From an uncultured Enterobacterales bacterium (GTDB taxonomy: Bacteria; Pseudomonadota; Gammaproteobacteria; Enterobacterales; GCA-2746155): 38,485 nt of DNA. Both the position numbers and the translations under genes were made by a program. Positions 25,388 to 33,628 of the stretch are shown here, piece by piece. Within the stretch, counting starts at the first letter, position 1. Every line of letters begins with the position of its first letter. A model generated the notes under the pieces. That model saw nothing but the letters and a program-made list of their open reading frames with translations. It had not been told where the DNA came from and ran no database searches. Where the stretch lies: the NCBI GenBank assembly GCA_964559635.1, contig CAZLIR010000001.1, forward strand, positions 1 through 38,485, given 5' to 3'.

Positions 25388-25700
25388 AAGATTATCCTCA
25401 ATTTTTCTTCATGATAAGCGATTACGTCTCTGTAACCAAACTAGATTAGGCAACGATAGTTTTCGTTTTCTGCTCCATGCATATTGAATTATCGCTCAGA
25501 AACAGTTGAGTAACAGACGAGCATTGAAGACATATAAGTTGATGATTTAAGTCACTAACTGAATAGCGTATCTGAAGTTTGTTAGCTGGCGCAATAATGG
25601 ACAAATTGGTCATAATCAACTAGCTTTAATAAAGAGAAATCTGAATTATCGGAGTTTAGACGTTACTTCAGAAATTTTGGACACTCATAATTAAGAAGTA

Positions 25701-26141
25701 ATGAGGGATCAGATGAGCATGTTTTCAACTAATAAATATAAATTCCTAGTTTATGTCAGCCGAAAAAGTGATGGGTTAAACTCTGACATGATTGCAGATA
25801 TCATATCTAAAGCTGTCATCAATAATGCTATGAATGACATCACTGGGATACTTCTGATTAAAAGGAACTATTTCTATCAGTTTATCGAGGGGACAGAAGA
25901 GGCCGTCGATGCCCTGTATGCAAAATTACAATGTGATAAGCGCCATGATGATTTGCACATACTCATGACTGGTTATGAGAACAAGCGAGTTTTTCCTATC
26001 TGGGATATGCATCCAATCTATTCAGACACGCCTGACCAACAATTCTACGATTTCGTCAAACAATGTCAGATACCGGAAGTTAAAGATAGTCTTCAGCAAT
26101 TTTGTATTAATGATAAGCCGCTGGTCGAAGCGTATCATTAG
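25701..26141 (+). CDS. Short stand-alone BLUF-domain blue-light photoreceptor
   Basis: 146 aa with the BLUF pattern FLVYVS...NNAMNDITGILL...YFYQFIEGTEEAVDALYAKLQCDKRHDD...RVFPIWDMH. Tyr18, Gln60, Trp101 and Met103 have exactly the spacing of AppA Y21/Q63/W104/M106. The start could instead be ATG 25713 or 25719 (GAGGGA at 25703-25708). Confidence 0.85.
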   Translation: MRDQMSMFSTNKYKFLVYVSRKSDGLNSDMIADIISKAVINNAMNDITGILLIKRNYFYQFIEGTEEAVDALYAKLQCDKRHDDLHILMTGYENKRVFPIWDMHPIYSDTPDQQFYDFVKQCQIPEVKDSLQQFCINDKPLVEAYH

Positions 26142-26186
26142 ACACTACTCTACTGGTGTAAGTCTCCGGGTGTTACTCTCTGGGTA

Positions 26187-26762
26187 CTACTCTCCAGGAA
26201 CTACCCAATCCAGAATTAAATGCACAGCATCTTGATCACCATCATTTCTGATCCTGTGTGACAGTTGATTATTGATTTCAACTATCTCGCCTTCCAGCAG
26301 GTTAAGAGTCATCTCGCCAATATCAAAAAACACATCATCATTCGTGCGCAAAGGAATATAAATTCGATGTGCGTGTTGCATAGAGAATTCATCATCCCTA
26401 TGAGATGGAATAGTCACTTGTGAGCAAACTTTTTCAATGCTGGCTCTAATAAAGTAGCCGCGCTGTTTATCTTTAAAATACTCAGACCACTTGGGTGAGG
26501 TCTCATAGTAGTCTGCGATTTTAACGAGTGCAGGCCTAATTGATTCAGCAAATTGTTGCAATGCTGCAAGCTTAGTTGGCATATTGTGACGGAGTTGCTC
26601 ATCCCAGACGAGCGGTATGCAATGAATTCCTGCCATAGATGCGTCATGCAATGTATGTGAGAATTGCGTTTGCCACATATGGTTCTCAAGACTTTCCACC
26701 TGTGCTGATAGTTGAGATACTTCCATATCTCCAATGTGTAGGTATTCACCTGCAAAATTCAT
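26187..26762 (-). CDS. Aspartyl/asparaginyl beta-hydroxylase-family (cupin, Fe/2-oxoglutarate) oxygenase
   Basis: 191 aa. The C-terminal half matches the family pattern: PSHRDDEF..HAHRIYIPLRTNDDVFF...LLEGEIVEINNQLSHRIRNDG...VHLILDW. There is no signal peptide. Confidence 0.7.
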   Translation of the reverse strand: MNFAGEYLHIGDMEVSQLSAQVESLENHMWQTQFSHTLHDASMAGIHCIPLVWDEQLRHNMPTKLAALQQFAESIRPALVKIADYYETSPKWSEYFKDKQRGYFIRASIEKVCSQVTIPSHRDDEFSMQHAHRIYIPLRTNDDVFFDIGEMTLNLLEGEIVEINNQLSHRIRNDGDQDAVHLILDWVVPGE

Positions 26763-26779
26763 CTATATCACTCACTGTT

Positions 26780-28378
26780 TTAGTTATAGTGCTGCATATT
26801 TAGTATTTGTTTTAACCACACATCATGCGGTGGTAACTTTGATGGCGCAGCTTGCAATCGACGCGCGACATTAGGATGCACCTGTGTGTGATGACGAGAG
26901 TTCCCATGGCGTTGCGCCATCTCATCACCCATGAAATCCATACCGAACATAATCGCCTCATAACTGGTAGCGGGGAATATATTTCCGGTATCGACTGGTT
27001 GCCGAATATCACTGAAGCCTTCCGGTCTCTGTGCACCTGAATTCGGTGTCGTAGGAAAGTGTTGATCTTCAAAGTCAGTATCAGTGGGTGCTTTGTGCTG
27101 CCAGAATTCCAGTTTCGCCTTCAACCGCTCAGTGATGCGTTCTGATTTTTGTACCTCTCGCCAGAATTCGCTGTCTTGTCGCTTGGTGAGGCAATAATGT
27201 AAATTGATAAAATCAAGAATCTCATGGAAGCGGTTATAGATGATGCGATTGTAGCGATATGCCAGCTGCTCCATGTCATCGCTCATGGGGAAATATTCTC
27301 TGAGCATAACCGCGGCCAGATCGCTCAGATACAGTCCGGTCGATTCTAGTGGCTCAATAAATCCTGCCGATAATCCAATCGCGACACAATTCCCGACCCA
27401 CGCTCGTTCTCGATACCCTACCTTGAATTTTACCAGGCGTGTATCAAGGTCATGGCTATGGTCACCCTCGTAGGTGCGTAATTCTGCTTCAGCCTCATCA
27501 CGAGAAATAAAGTCACTGGCGTGAACATAACCCACGGCGCGTCTATTTTGTAATCCGATATCCCATATCCAACCACTCGATAGGGCGGTTGCAGTTGTGT
27601 ATGGCTTCACTGTACCGGGGTAGTAATGCTCATAAGGAATTTTCATCGTTAATGCCTGATCACAGAGTAGCCACTGTGATACATCAACGAATTTAACGCC
27701 CATAGCTTTTTCAATCAAAAGAGCTGCAAAGCCAGTACAATCAATAAATAAATCCGCCTCCAGAACCTGTCCTGATTGACACTTAACCGCTTGAATATTG
27801 CCGTTGTCTTTCACCAATACTTCATCGACGTGATCGAGGTAGTGCGATACACCCCTAGCGGTACTATGCTGCTGTAGGAAATGCGCAAACTTTGTCGCAT
27901 CCATATGAAATGCGTACTTCAGTGGCGCGCCAAAATCCCAGGGCCCCATCATCATCGGAGACAAATTCATTTCGCATATTTTGGGCTGTATCGATACCGT
28001 TTCCATAAACGGAATGCTGCGATCGCTGTTAAACCAATCTGCTCCGGTATGATCAATCGGTGCCTCTCTGAAGCGCTGAAATGAATGGTGGTATGACTCG
28101 CCCTGATTATGCAACCAGTTACTAAATTTAATTGACTGCTTGAAGGTAGCATCTGTGGCTTTCATGAATTCAATCAGGTCAACACCAATAACACTAAGTA
28201 TGTGATTGATACTTGGGATGGTTGCTTCACCCACGCCGATGATCGGCACGTCGGGTGATTCAACCAGAGAGATCTCAGCAACCTGTCTGCCGGGGCGATT
28301 CAAGGCGGCATTCAGGTAGGCGGCGGTCATCCAGCCAGACGACCCTCCACCAACAATTAATACTTTTCTCGGCTTCAT
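26780..28378 (-). CDS. Flavin-dependent halogenase family protein (tryptophan-halogenase-like)
   Basis: N-terminal KVLIVGGGSSGWMTAAYL is followed by GVGEATIPS, then the Lys-containing ATFKQSIKFSNW. Other blocks are CTGFAALL, GWIWDIGL (a variant of WxWxIP) and GFIEPLESTGL. I prefer ATG 28378 (GGGGA 8 nt upstream) over the track TTG at 28393. Confidence 0.85.
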   Translation of the reverse strand: MKPRKVLIVGGGSSGWMTAAYLNAALNRPGRQVAEISLVESPDVPIIGVGEATIPSINHILSVIGVDLIEFMKATDATFKQSIKFSNWLHNQGESYHHSFQRFREAPIDHTGADWFNSDRSIPFMETVSIQPKICEMNLSPMMMGPWDFGAPLKYAFHMDATKFAHFLQQHSTARGVSHYLDHVDEVLVKDNGNIQAVKCQSGQVLEADLFIDCTGFAALLIEKAMGVKFVDVSQWLLCDQALTMKIPYEHYYPGTVKPYTTATALSSGWIWDIGLQNRRAVGYVHASDFISRDEAEAELRTYEGDHSHDLDTRLVKFKVGYRERAWVGNCVAIGLSAGFIEPLESTGLYLSDLAAVMLREYFPMSDDMEQLAYRYNRIIYNRFHEILDFINLHYCLTKRQDSEFWREVQKSERITERLKAKLEFWQHKAPTDTDFEDQHFPTTPNSGAQRPEGFSDIRQPVDTGNIFPATSYEAIMFGMDFMGDEMAQRHGNSRHHTQVHPNVARRLQAAPSKLPPHDVWLKQILNMQHYN

Positions 28379-28399
28379 TGATGAGATCCCCAATCGCTA

Positions 28400-29188
28400 T
28401 TACTCATAGCCTAATAACTTACGCAGTCCCGGGGCGGCATAGTCGACCATTTGTTTGTTAATTTCGGGCAGTTCATTGGGAACTTCTAACCGAAGATCTG
28501 CCAGATTCTCTCGTGCTGTGCCACTCTGTTTACGATCAGAGCCAATGATGACGCGTTCTTTCCAGTCTGAAGGCAATTCATCAAAACCGCAGTCACTCAA
28601 CAGGTCAGCAAAATAGGTTTCCGCTTCAGGAGTATCAATATTTTTAACGTGTTTAACCAGGTCCTCAAAGTGAACCAGTTTAATACCTGTGCCTAACCAG
28701 GCTATTGCATTATTTGTATAAAATTCTTCCATAGTAGGAGCAACCTGATAGATACCAAAGATCATCAAACTGAGCACCTGCTCAATGGTGATTTTCCCTG
28801 ACCGGAGTTTTTCCATAGAACCATCGAAGTTTTTAGATAACATAAATCGCGCACGGGCAAGAACCCAGCTGTAAGGATCTCGTACGATCAAAACTTGATT
28901 AACCCCATGGGTTGCCATGGCGGAATCATCGGAAAATAACAGGTGTCCCCAACTCAGTTTAGGAGTTTTGGTATCAAAAGCAGCCAGATGATCCTGCAGC
29001 ATGGGAAGTTGGATAAACATATCATGGTATTGCTGTTCTACCGGAACAAACATCCGAAAAATGTTACGAATAAGATGGGTACCGCATTTCGGCACAGAAT
29101 TTAAAAATAGCGGGCTTGAAAGAGGGACCTGTTCAAACTCTAGATTCCGATCATTTAAATTATCTCTGTTAACTACAATTCTTGGCAT
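28400..29188 (-). CDS. Sulfotransferase-family protein (PAPS-dependent type)
   Basis: 262 aa with a 5'-PSB-like loop LNSVPKCGTHLIRN and a 3'-PB-like block VLIVRDPYSWVLARARF. There is no signal peptide. Its stop lies 21 nt before the halogenase start. Confidence 0.65.
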   Translation of the reverse strand: MPRIVVNRDNLNDRNLEFEQVPLSSPLFLNSVPKCGTHLIRNIFRMFVPVEQQYHDMFIQLPMLQDHLAAFDTKTPKLSWGHLLFSDDSAMATHGVNQVLIVRDPYSWVLARARFMLSKNFDGSMEKLRSGKITIEQVLSLMIFGIYQVAPTMEEFYTNNAIAWLGTGIKLVHFEDLVKHVKNIDTPEAETYFADLLSDCGFDELPSDWKERVIIGSDRKQSGTARENLADLRLEVPNELPEINKQMVDYAAPGLRKLLGYE

Positions 29189-29260
29189 GGAATACTCGAC
29201 GCTGTATTTTTAAAGGTGGCTATTATAGACCAACCAGAATCAGATACATATCTCACATCG

Positions 29261-29280
29261 ATTGTTAATGGCTTAACAAT
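29261..29280. promoter_or_regulatory. 8-4-8 perfect inverted repeat, candidate operator upstream of the sulfotransferase-halogenase-hydroxylase genes
   Basis: ATTGTTAA-tggc-TTAACAAT lies 73 nt upstream (minus-strand sense) of the sulfotransferase ATG. It is downstream of the TBDR terminator. Confidence 0.3.
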
Positions 29281-29346
29281 GTTACGAAATTTTTTTTCAT
29301 GAATGTCTAAAGGGGCAGCGTAAGAGGTGAGAAAATACCTTGGCAA

Positions 29347-29376
29347 TAAAAAAGGCCGAACTAGTCGGCCTTTTTA
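29347..29376 (-). terminator. Rho-independent (bidirectional-type) terminator after the 995-aa TBDR gene
   Basis: AAAAAAGGCCGA-actag-TCGGCCTTTTT. On the minus strand the GC stem is followed by U6. It starts 21 nt after the TBDR stop codon. Confidence 0.7.
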
Positions 29377-29396
29377 TGTCATCTGCTAATACTGTA

Positions 29397-32384
29397 TTAG
29401 AAGTTGTAAACAATGTTAGCAAATACTCTACGACCAATGAAATCATACTGGCTGTAGAAGGCAGCGTTACCGCCACCGTGTGCACCGGCACTTTGAGTTA
29501 ACCAGTTAGGCTGGTAACTTAAGCTTGGAGGTGCTGTGTCGAGCACGTTAGCAACACCAGCTGACCACATGATACTGTCGTCATACTGCTGTGTTACAGA
29601 GAGGGTATGATAGAACTGCTCACCAGCATAGTTGATAACATCATATTCAGTACCACGATATACGATAGTAGAACCACCGTCTTCACGTACGTTAGATGCG
29701 CTACCAATGTAGTTGACGTTCCAGTTGTATACCCACTCATCAACTGACAGTTGTGCACTGAACGTAGCGGTTAACTTAGGATCACCCAGATTACCGTTAC
29801 GGTCTTCGATCGTACCCTCAAATAAACCCACTTCATCCTTAACCTGATAAGTGTGACGTGATTCCAGACGTAAGGTACCAAAATCAAGTTCCATATCGTA
29901 GTTAATCGCTAAGTCGTAACCCGCATTTTCCTGAGTGTTAATGTTCAGGAAGCTGGCTGAGACAGTCTCAATGCGTTGGTCAATTGCGTTACGATCAAAC
30001 TGGTTACAAAGTGGTTCATTCGGGAAGAAGTCCGAATTATAGCAACCATAAACGATACTTCCTGCTGATAAAGTAGAAACCTCGTCGTTGATAACGAAAT
30101 CGAAGTAGTCTAGCGACATAGATAGACGGTCATTACCAAAATCAGGCGTCCATACGATACCAGCTGTTTTTGCAACAGAAGTCTCTGGTCTTAGAACACC
30201 CAGGCCACCACCGGTTACAACTGTAGCATCGATAGAACCACCAATGTAATCACCAGCAATGCCATCTGCAGCACAGTTGTCTGCGATTTTCTGGCTCGTT
30301 CTACCAGCAGCTAGTTCTTCTGCCCAGTTTACACATGGGTCAAGATTTCTCTGTCCAGTGAAACTTGTTTGGTCAGCAAGATACAACTCGAACAATGCCG
30401 GAGTACGGAATGAAGTACCACGTGATGCACGGAATTTCAGATCATCAGCTATATTCCAGGTCAAACCTACTTTATAGGTCGTGTCATCGCCGATATCTTT
30501 AACATCGGTATAACGCGCAGATACTTTTAATTCAACATCTTCGATAACTGGGACGATTGCTTCAAAGAACCCTGCATAGGTAGTACTCTTACCTGCAGTG
30601 ATGCCAGCCGAAGTTGAACCCCAAGAGTTACCATTACGTGTATGGAAACCCGGTGTGTCATTGATTTCGTCAGTACGGTAATGGAAACCAACAGCCATAT
30701 CAACTACACCAGCAGGTAATTCAAACGCTTCACCAGCGAAGACACCTTCGATGCCATTTTGTTTGTAGACTGTGTTACCCAAATCCGTTCCGAATAGGTA
30801 GTCACGGACTTCCTGACTCACATTGCCACGCATCATTTCCTCGTCAAACCAGTTGATATCCATACAAGGTTGGTTTGAATATTGATGCGTAATACCTACA
30901 CATGAATCAGTCAGGAACTCCTGATCATAGATTACATCTGCGTAGATGATTTTAGTCAGGTAGTCACCGTCAGAGCGTGAAGATTGCATGTGAATATCGT
31001 AGTACCAACTGGTGTCACCGATATCACCTGTAACACCTGCAACTGCACGAGTGTAGTCTACAGTGATAGTGCCACCAGCATGATCAGTAATTGGTGTCGG
31101 ACTGAAGAAAACATCACCACCCCAACCATAATCTAAGGCATTACCACCTGCTGAGCCATCCCAGAAGTCCCAAGAATTACCAAAGGTACCGAATGTGTAG
31201 TATTGACGGTAACCATTAACAATAGTTTCGCGGCGGTTCATTAATAATTCACCGTAGGCTTTAGTTTGGCTGTCCAGGTCGTAATCACCGGAAACAAATA
31301 CAGTTGTTTTTGTTACTTCAGGACGTAATGTTTGTAAGTCCTGGAAAGGGTGATCCTGGTTAGTTACTGCATCTGACGCACGGTCATAAGCAACTTCGTA
31401 CCAACCTGGAGGTGCGACTAGGTTTCCTGGCTGGCCTGATGGGTTAGCTGGAATGTAGTTACCCAGGTCGCCATCGTAGTCGTATTGGAACAGGATAGTA
31501 CCTGTACTAAATATATTGGTCGTCGCAGGATCCTGGTAATCATAAACCCAGTTGTGTCCCCAGGTCACATCACCACAGGCAAATTTGCCAGTACGTGGGT
31601 CAATATTATCCGCTCGTTCACCAGTGTCTTTATCAAAGATCATATCTTCACTACAGTCGAAGAAATCACGGTCACCACGAGCCAATTCACTGTCTTTAGA
31701 GTAGTCAGCTGTAACTAATAAACTACCGTTTTCAAAGGTCTTACCCCATGTAGCACTAATTCGGGCCTGTTCACCACCGCTTTCAAACGGCGCAGACATG
31801 AAGGCTTCGATAGTAGCAATATCAGTTGATTTAGTGATCAGGTTCACAACACCAGCAACTGCATCAGAACCGTATAAAGACGAAGCACCGTCTTTTAAGA
31901 TTTCAACACGTTCAATGGCTGAGAGTGGAATGACGTTTAAGTCGAAAGATGAAACCTCACCTCGAGTACCAGCAGCACCGGCACGACGACCGTTGACAAG
32001 AACCAGAGTTCTAGCAGCACCCAGACCACGCAGCGAGATGGTATTTGCACCAACACCACCAGCAGTTACATCTTCAGATGAGATAGCAGAAGTCACCTGA
32101 GGTGAACCGGAGGCGATAGTAGCCGCACGTAATAATTCACCTACTGATTCCATGCCCTGAAAGCGAGCATCATCAGCTGAAATGATTTCAATTGGTTCAT
32201 CATTATCAAAACCATCTCGTCTAATTCTTGAGCCGGTGATGATGATTGTACTCTCTTCATCGGCCTCTTCACCTTCTTGTGCTTCAGCAGCATTAAGGTT
32301 TAACGCTAGTAAACCTGTGGTTGTTAGTAATAATCCTCTCATTGCTGATGCAAGAGGATTCAACCTTTGTTGTTTTTCAATCAT
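29397..32384 (-). CDS. TonB-dependent outer-membrane receptor (large, 995 aa)
   Basis: Signal peptide, then an acidic linker (AEAQEGEEADEES) and the TonB-box region TIIITGSRIRR. Plug motifs are IERVEILKDGASSLYGSDAVAGVVNLITK. A long beta-barrel ends in the aromatic NIVYNF. RBS GGGGA. Confidence 0.9.
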   Translation of the reverse strand: MIEKQQRLNPLASAMRGLLLTTTGLLALNLNAAEAQEGEEADEESTIIITGSRIRRDGFDNDEPIEIISADDARFQGMESVGELLRAATIASGSPQVTSAISSEDVTAGGVGANTISLRGLGAARTLVLVNGRRAGAAGTRGEVSSFDLNVIPLSAIERVEILKDGASSLYGSDAVAGVVNLITKSTDIATIEAFMSAPFESGGEQARISATWGKTFENGSLLVTADYSKDSELARGDRDFFDCSEDMIFDKDTGERADNIDPRTGKFACGDVTWGHNWVYDYQDPATTNIFSTGTILFQYDYDGDLGNYIPANPSGQPGNLVAPPGWYEVAYDRASDAVTNQDHPFQDLQTLRPEVTKTTVFVSGDYDLDSQTKAYGELLMNRRETIVNGYRQYYTFGTFGNSWDFWDGSAGGNALDYGWGGDVFFSPTPITDHAGGTITVDYTRAVAGVTGDIGDTSWYYDIHMQSSRSDGDYLTKIIYADVIYDQEFLTDSCVGITHQYSNQPCMDINWFDEEMMRGNVSQEVRDYLFGTDLGNTVYKQNGIEGVFAGEAFELPAGVVDMAVGFHYRTDEINDTPGFHTRNGNSWGSTSAGITAGKSTTYAGFFEAIVPVIEDVELKVSARYTDVKDIGDDTTYKVGLTWNIADDLKFRASRGTSFRTPALFELYLADQTSFTGQRNLDPCVNWAEELAAGRTSQKIADNCAADGIAGDYIGGSIDATVVTGGGLGVLRPETSVAKTAGIVWTPDFGNDRLSMSLDYFDFVINDEVSTLSAGSIVYGCYNSDFFPNEPLCNQFDRNAIDQRIETVSASFLNINTQENAGYDLAINYDMELDFGTLRLESRHTYQVKDEVGLFEGTIEDRNGNLGDPKLTATFSAQLSVDEWVYNWNVNYIGSASNVREDGGSTIVYRGTEYDVINYAGEQFYHTLSVTQQYDDSIMWSAGVANVLDTAPPSLSYQPNWLTQSAGAHGGGNAAFYSQYDFIGRRVFANIVYNF

Positions 32385-32781
32385 TTATTTCCCCATTTTC
32401 CTTTTAGGTTCATATTTTTCTATTTCCCGTGCTGAGCAAGTAAATACTCAGTCAGCAATCGGAAAGCGGGAAGGTATCACAAAGCAATCACTAATCGAGG
32501 GAATGGAATGAAATGTTACATTTAGAAAGATGGCGTCATAAAACTGTGCTGAAGTGTGTCTGTAACCAACCAAAATGTAATCTAATCTGTTTGTAAGTGA
32601 GACGACTTATGTGGCAGTTGATACCCAAAGAATCTCTAATTGTATAAATAACGTACAGTGACAGGATTGCCGCTTTGAAGGTGTGTTAAATTATTGCTAA
32701 TTCAGTTTGTTATTTGACTGCCTCAGTCAAGTTGTGAAAGTATCCCACCCTGAAATTAATGACAGACATACAGACAAGACT

Positions 32782-33507
32782 ATGGAATTTTTAGAGACCT
32801 TACATTCGCGAAGAAGTATTCGGGCATTTACTGACCGCGAGGTTGATCAGGAGACGCTCAATGCTATTTTATCTGATGCCATCGAATCGCCATCAAGTTC
32901 AAATACTCAGCCGTTCAAGTTGGCGGTAGCGACAGGGGATACATGCCGGCAGATTGGCGAGGATTTATTAAGTAACTACAAGGTGATCAATAAATTTCAA
33001 CGTCAGCCTACACTCTTAAAGTTGTTTAACTTCCTCACCAGTAAAGCCAGACCAGACGGCGACTATGTGCCAATACTTGGCAAGTATCCGGGTATTTTTC
33101 AGGAACGACGCATACACACCGGCCGAGGACTTTATGAAATTTGGGGTATCAAACGCGGTGATCGCAAAGCCAGGGATGCCTCACTAGCTAGAAACTTCAC
33201 CTTCTTTAACGCGCCAGTGGCGATATTCGTATTTCTGCACACCGGTATGAAGCATACCGCATTCATTGACACAGGAATCATGATGCAATCGCTCATGTTA
33301 TCAGCAACCGCACGTGGACTGGGTACCTGCGCACAGGGTAGTCTGGGTATGTGGCGCTCGCCATTGGAAAATCACTTTAATATTCCGCAAGGTTATAAAT
33401 TAGTGTGTGGAATTTCCCTCGGTTATCCAGATGACTCCGATCCAGCCAATGGCTATCGCCCCAAGAAAATCTCACTGGATGAACTGCTCATCGAGAGTAA
33501 ATCATAA
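32782..33507 (+). CDS. Nitroreductase-family FMN oxidoreductase
   Basis: The N-terminal MEFLETLHSRRSIRAFTDREV is the classic nitroreductase start. SSSNTQPFK and a C-terminal GISLGYPD are present. I start at ATG 32782; the track TTG at 32707 adds 25 unlikely residues. Confidence 0.8.
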   Translation: MEFLETLHSRRSIRAFTDREVDQETLNAILSDAIESPSSSNTQPFKLAVATGDTCRQIGEDLLSNYKVINKFQRQPTLLKLFNFLTSKARPDGDYVPILGKYPGIFQERRIHTGRGLYEIWGIKRGDRKARDASLARNFTFFNAPVAIFVFLHTGMKHTAFIDTGIMMQSLMLSATARGLGTCAQGSLGMWRSPLENHFNIPQGYKLVCGISLGYPDDSDPANGYRPKKISLDELLIESKS

Positions 33508-33628
33508 CAATCATTAGCTGCTATAACGGTTGATATGCTACCTGATTAATATTAGCCAATACATCAATAGATTATTAACAAACAACATATTAGTATCTAG
33601 CTACATTCATTTAATAGAGGTGTGCCGA

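Noticed and set aside
25485-25651. The 10-nt direct repeat TGAATTATCG occurs twice (25485-25494 and 25642-25651) in the region upstream of the BLUF gene.
   Set aside because: The two copies are 157 nt apart. The chance expectation for a 10-mer repeat in a 313-nt AT-rich spacer is not negligible (a few percent or more), and no supporting symmetry is present.
26414-26755. A 113-aa same-strand alternative-frame ORF lies inside the beta-hydroxylase gene.
   Set aside because: The overlapping frame (26187-26762) carries the conserved cupin/hydroxylase motifs, whereas this frame has none.
32182-32511. A 109-aa plus-strand ORF spans the TBDR start and its upstream region.
   Set aside because: It is antisense to the TBDR signal-peptide region. 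It is Ser-rich and low-complexity, with no RBS. The rest of it lies in the promoter/leader region.
32707-32781. The track starts the nitroreductase at TTG 32707 and the acetyltransferase at 33530.
   Set aside because: The family-typical N-termini begin at ATG 32782 (MEFLETLHSRRSIRAF) and at about TTG 33629 (NGPDPN..., with GAGG upstream). The extra residues are AT-rich read-through of intergenic sequence.
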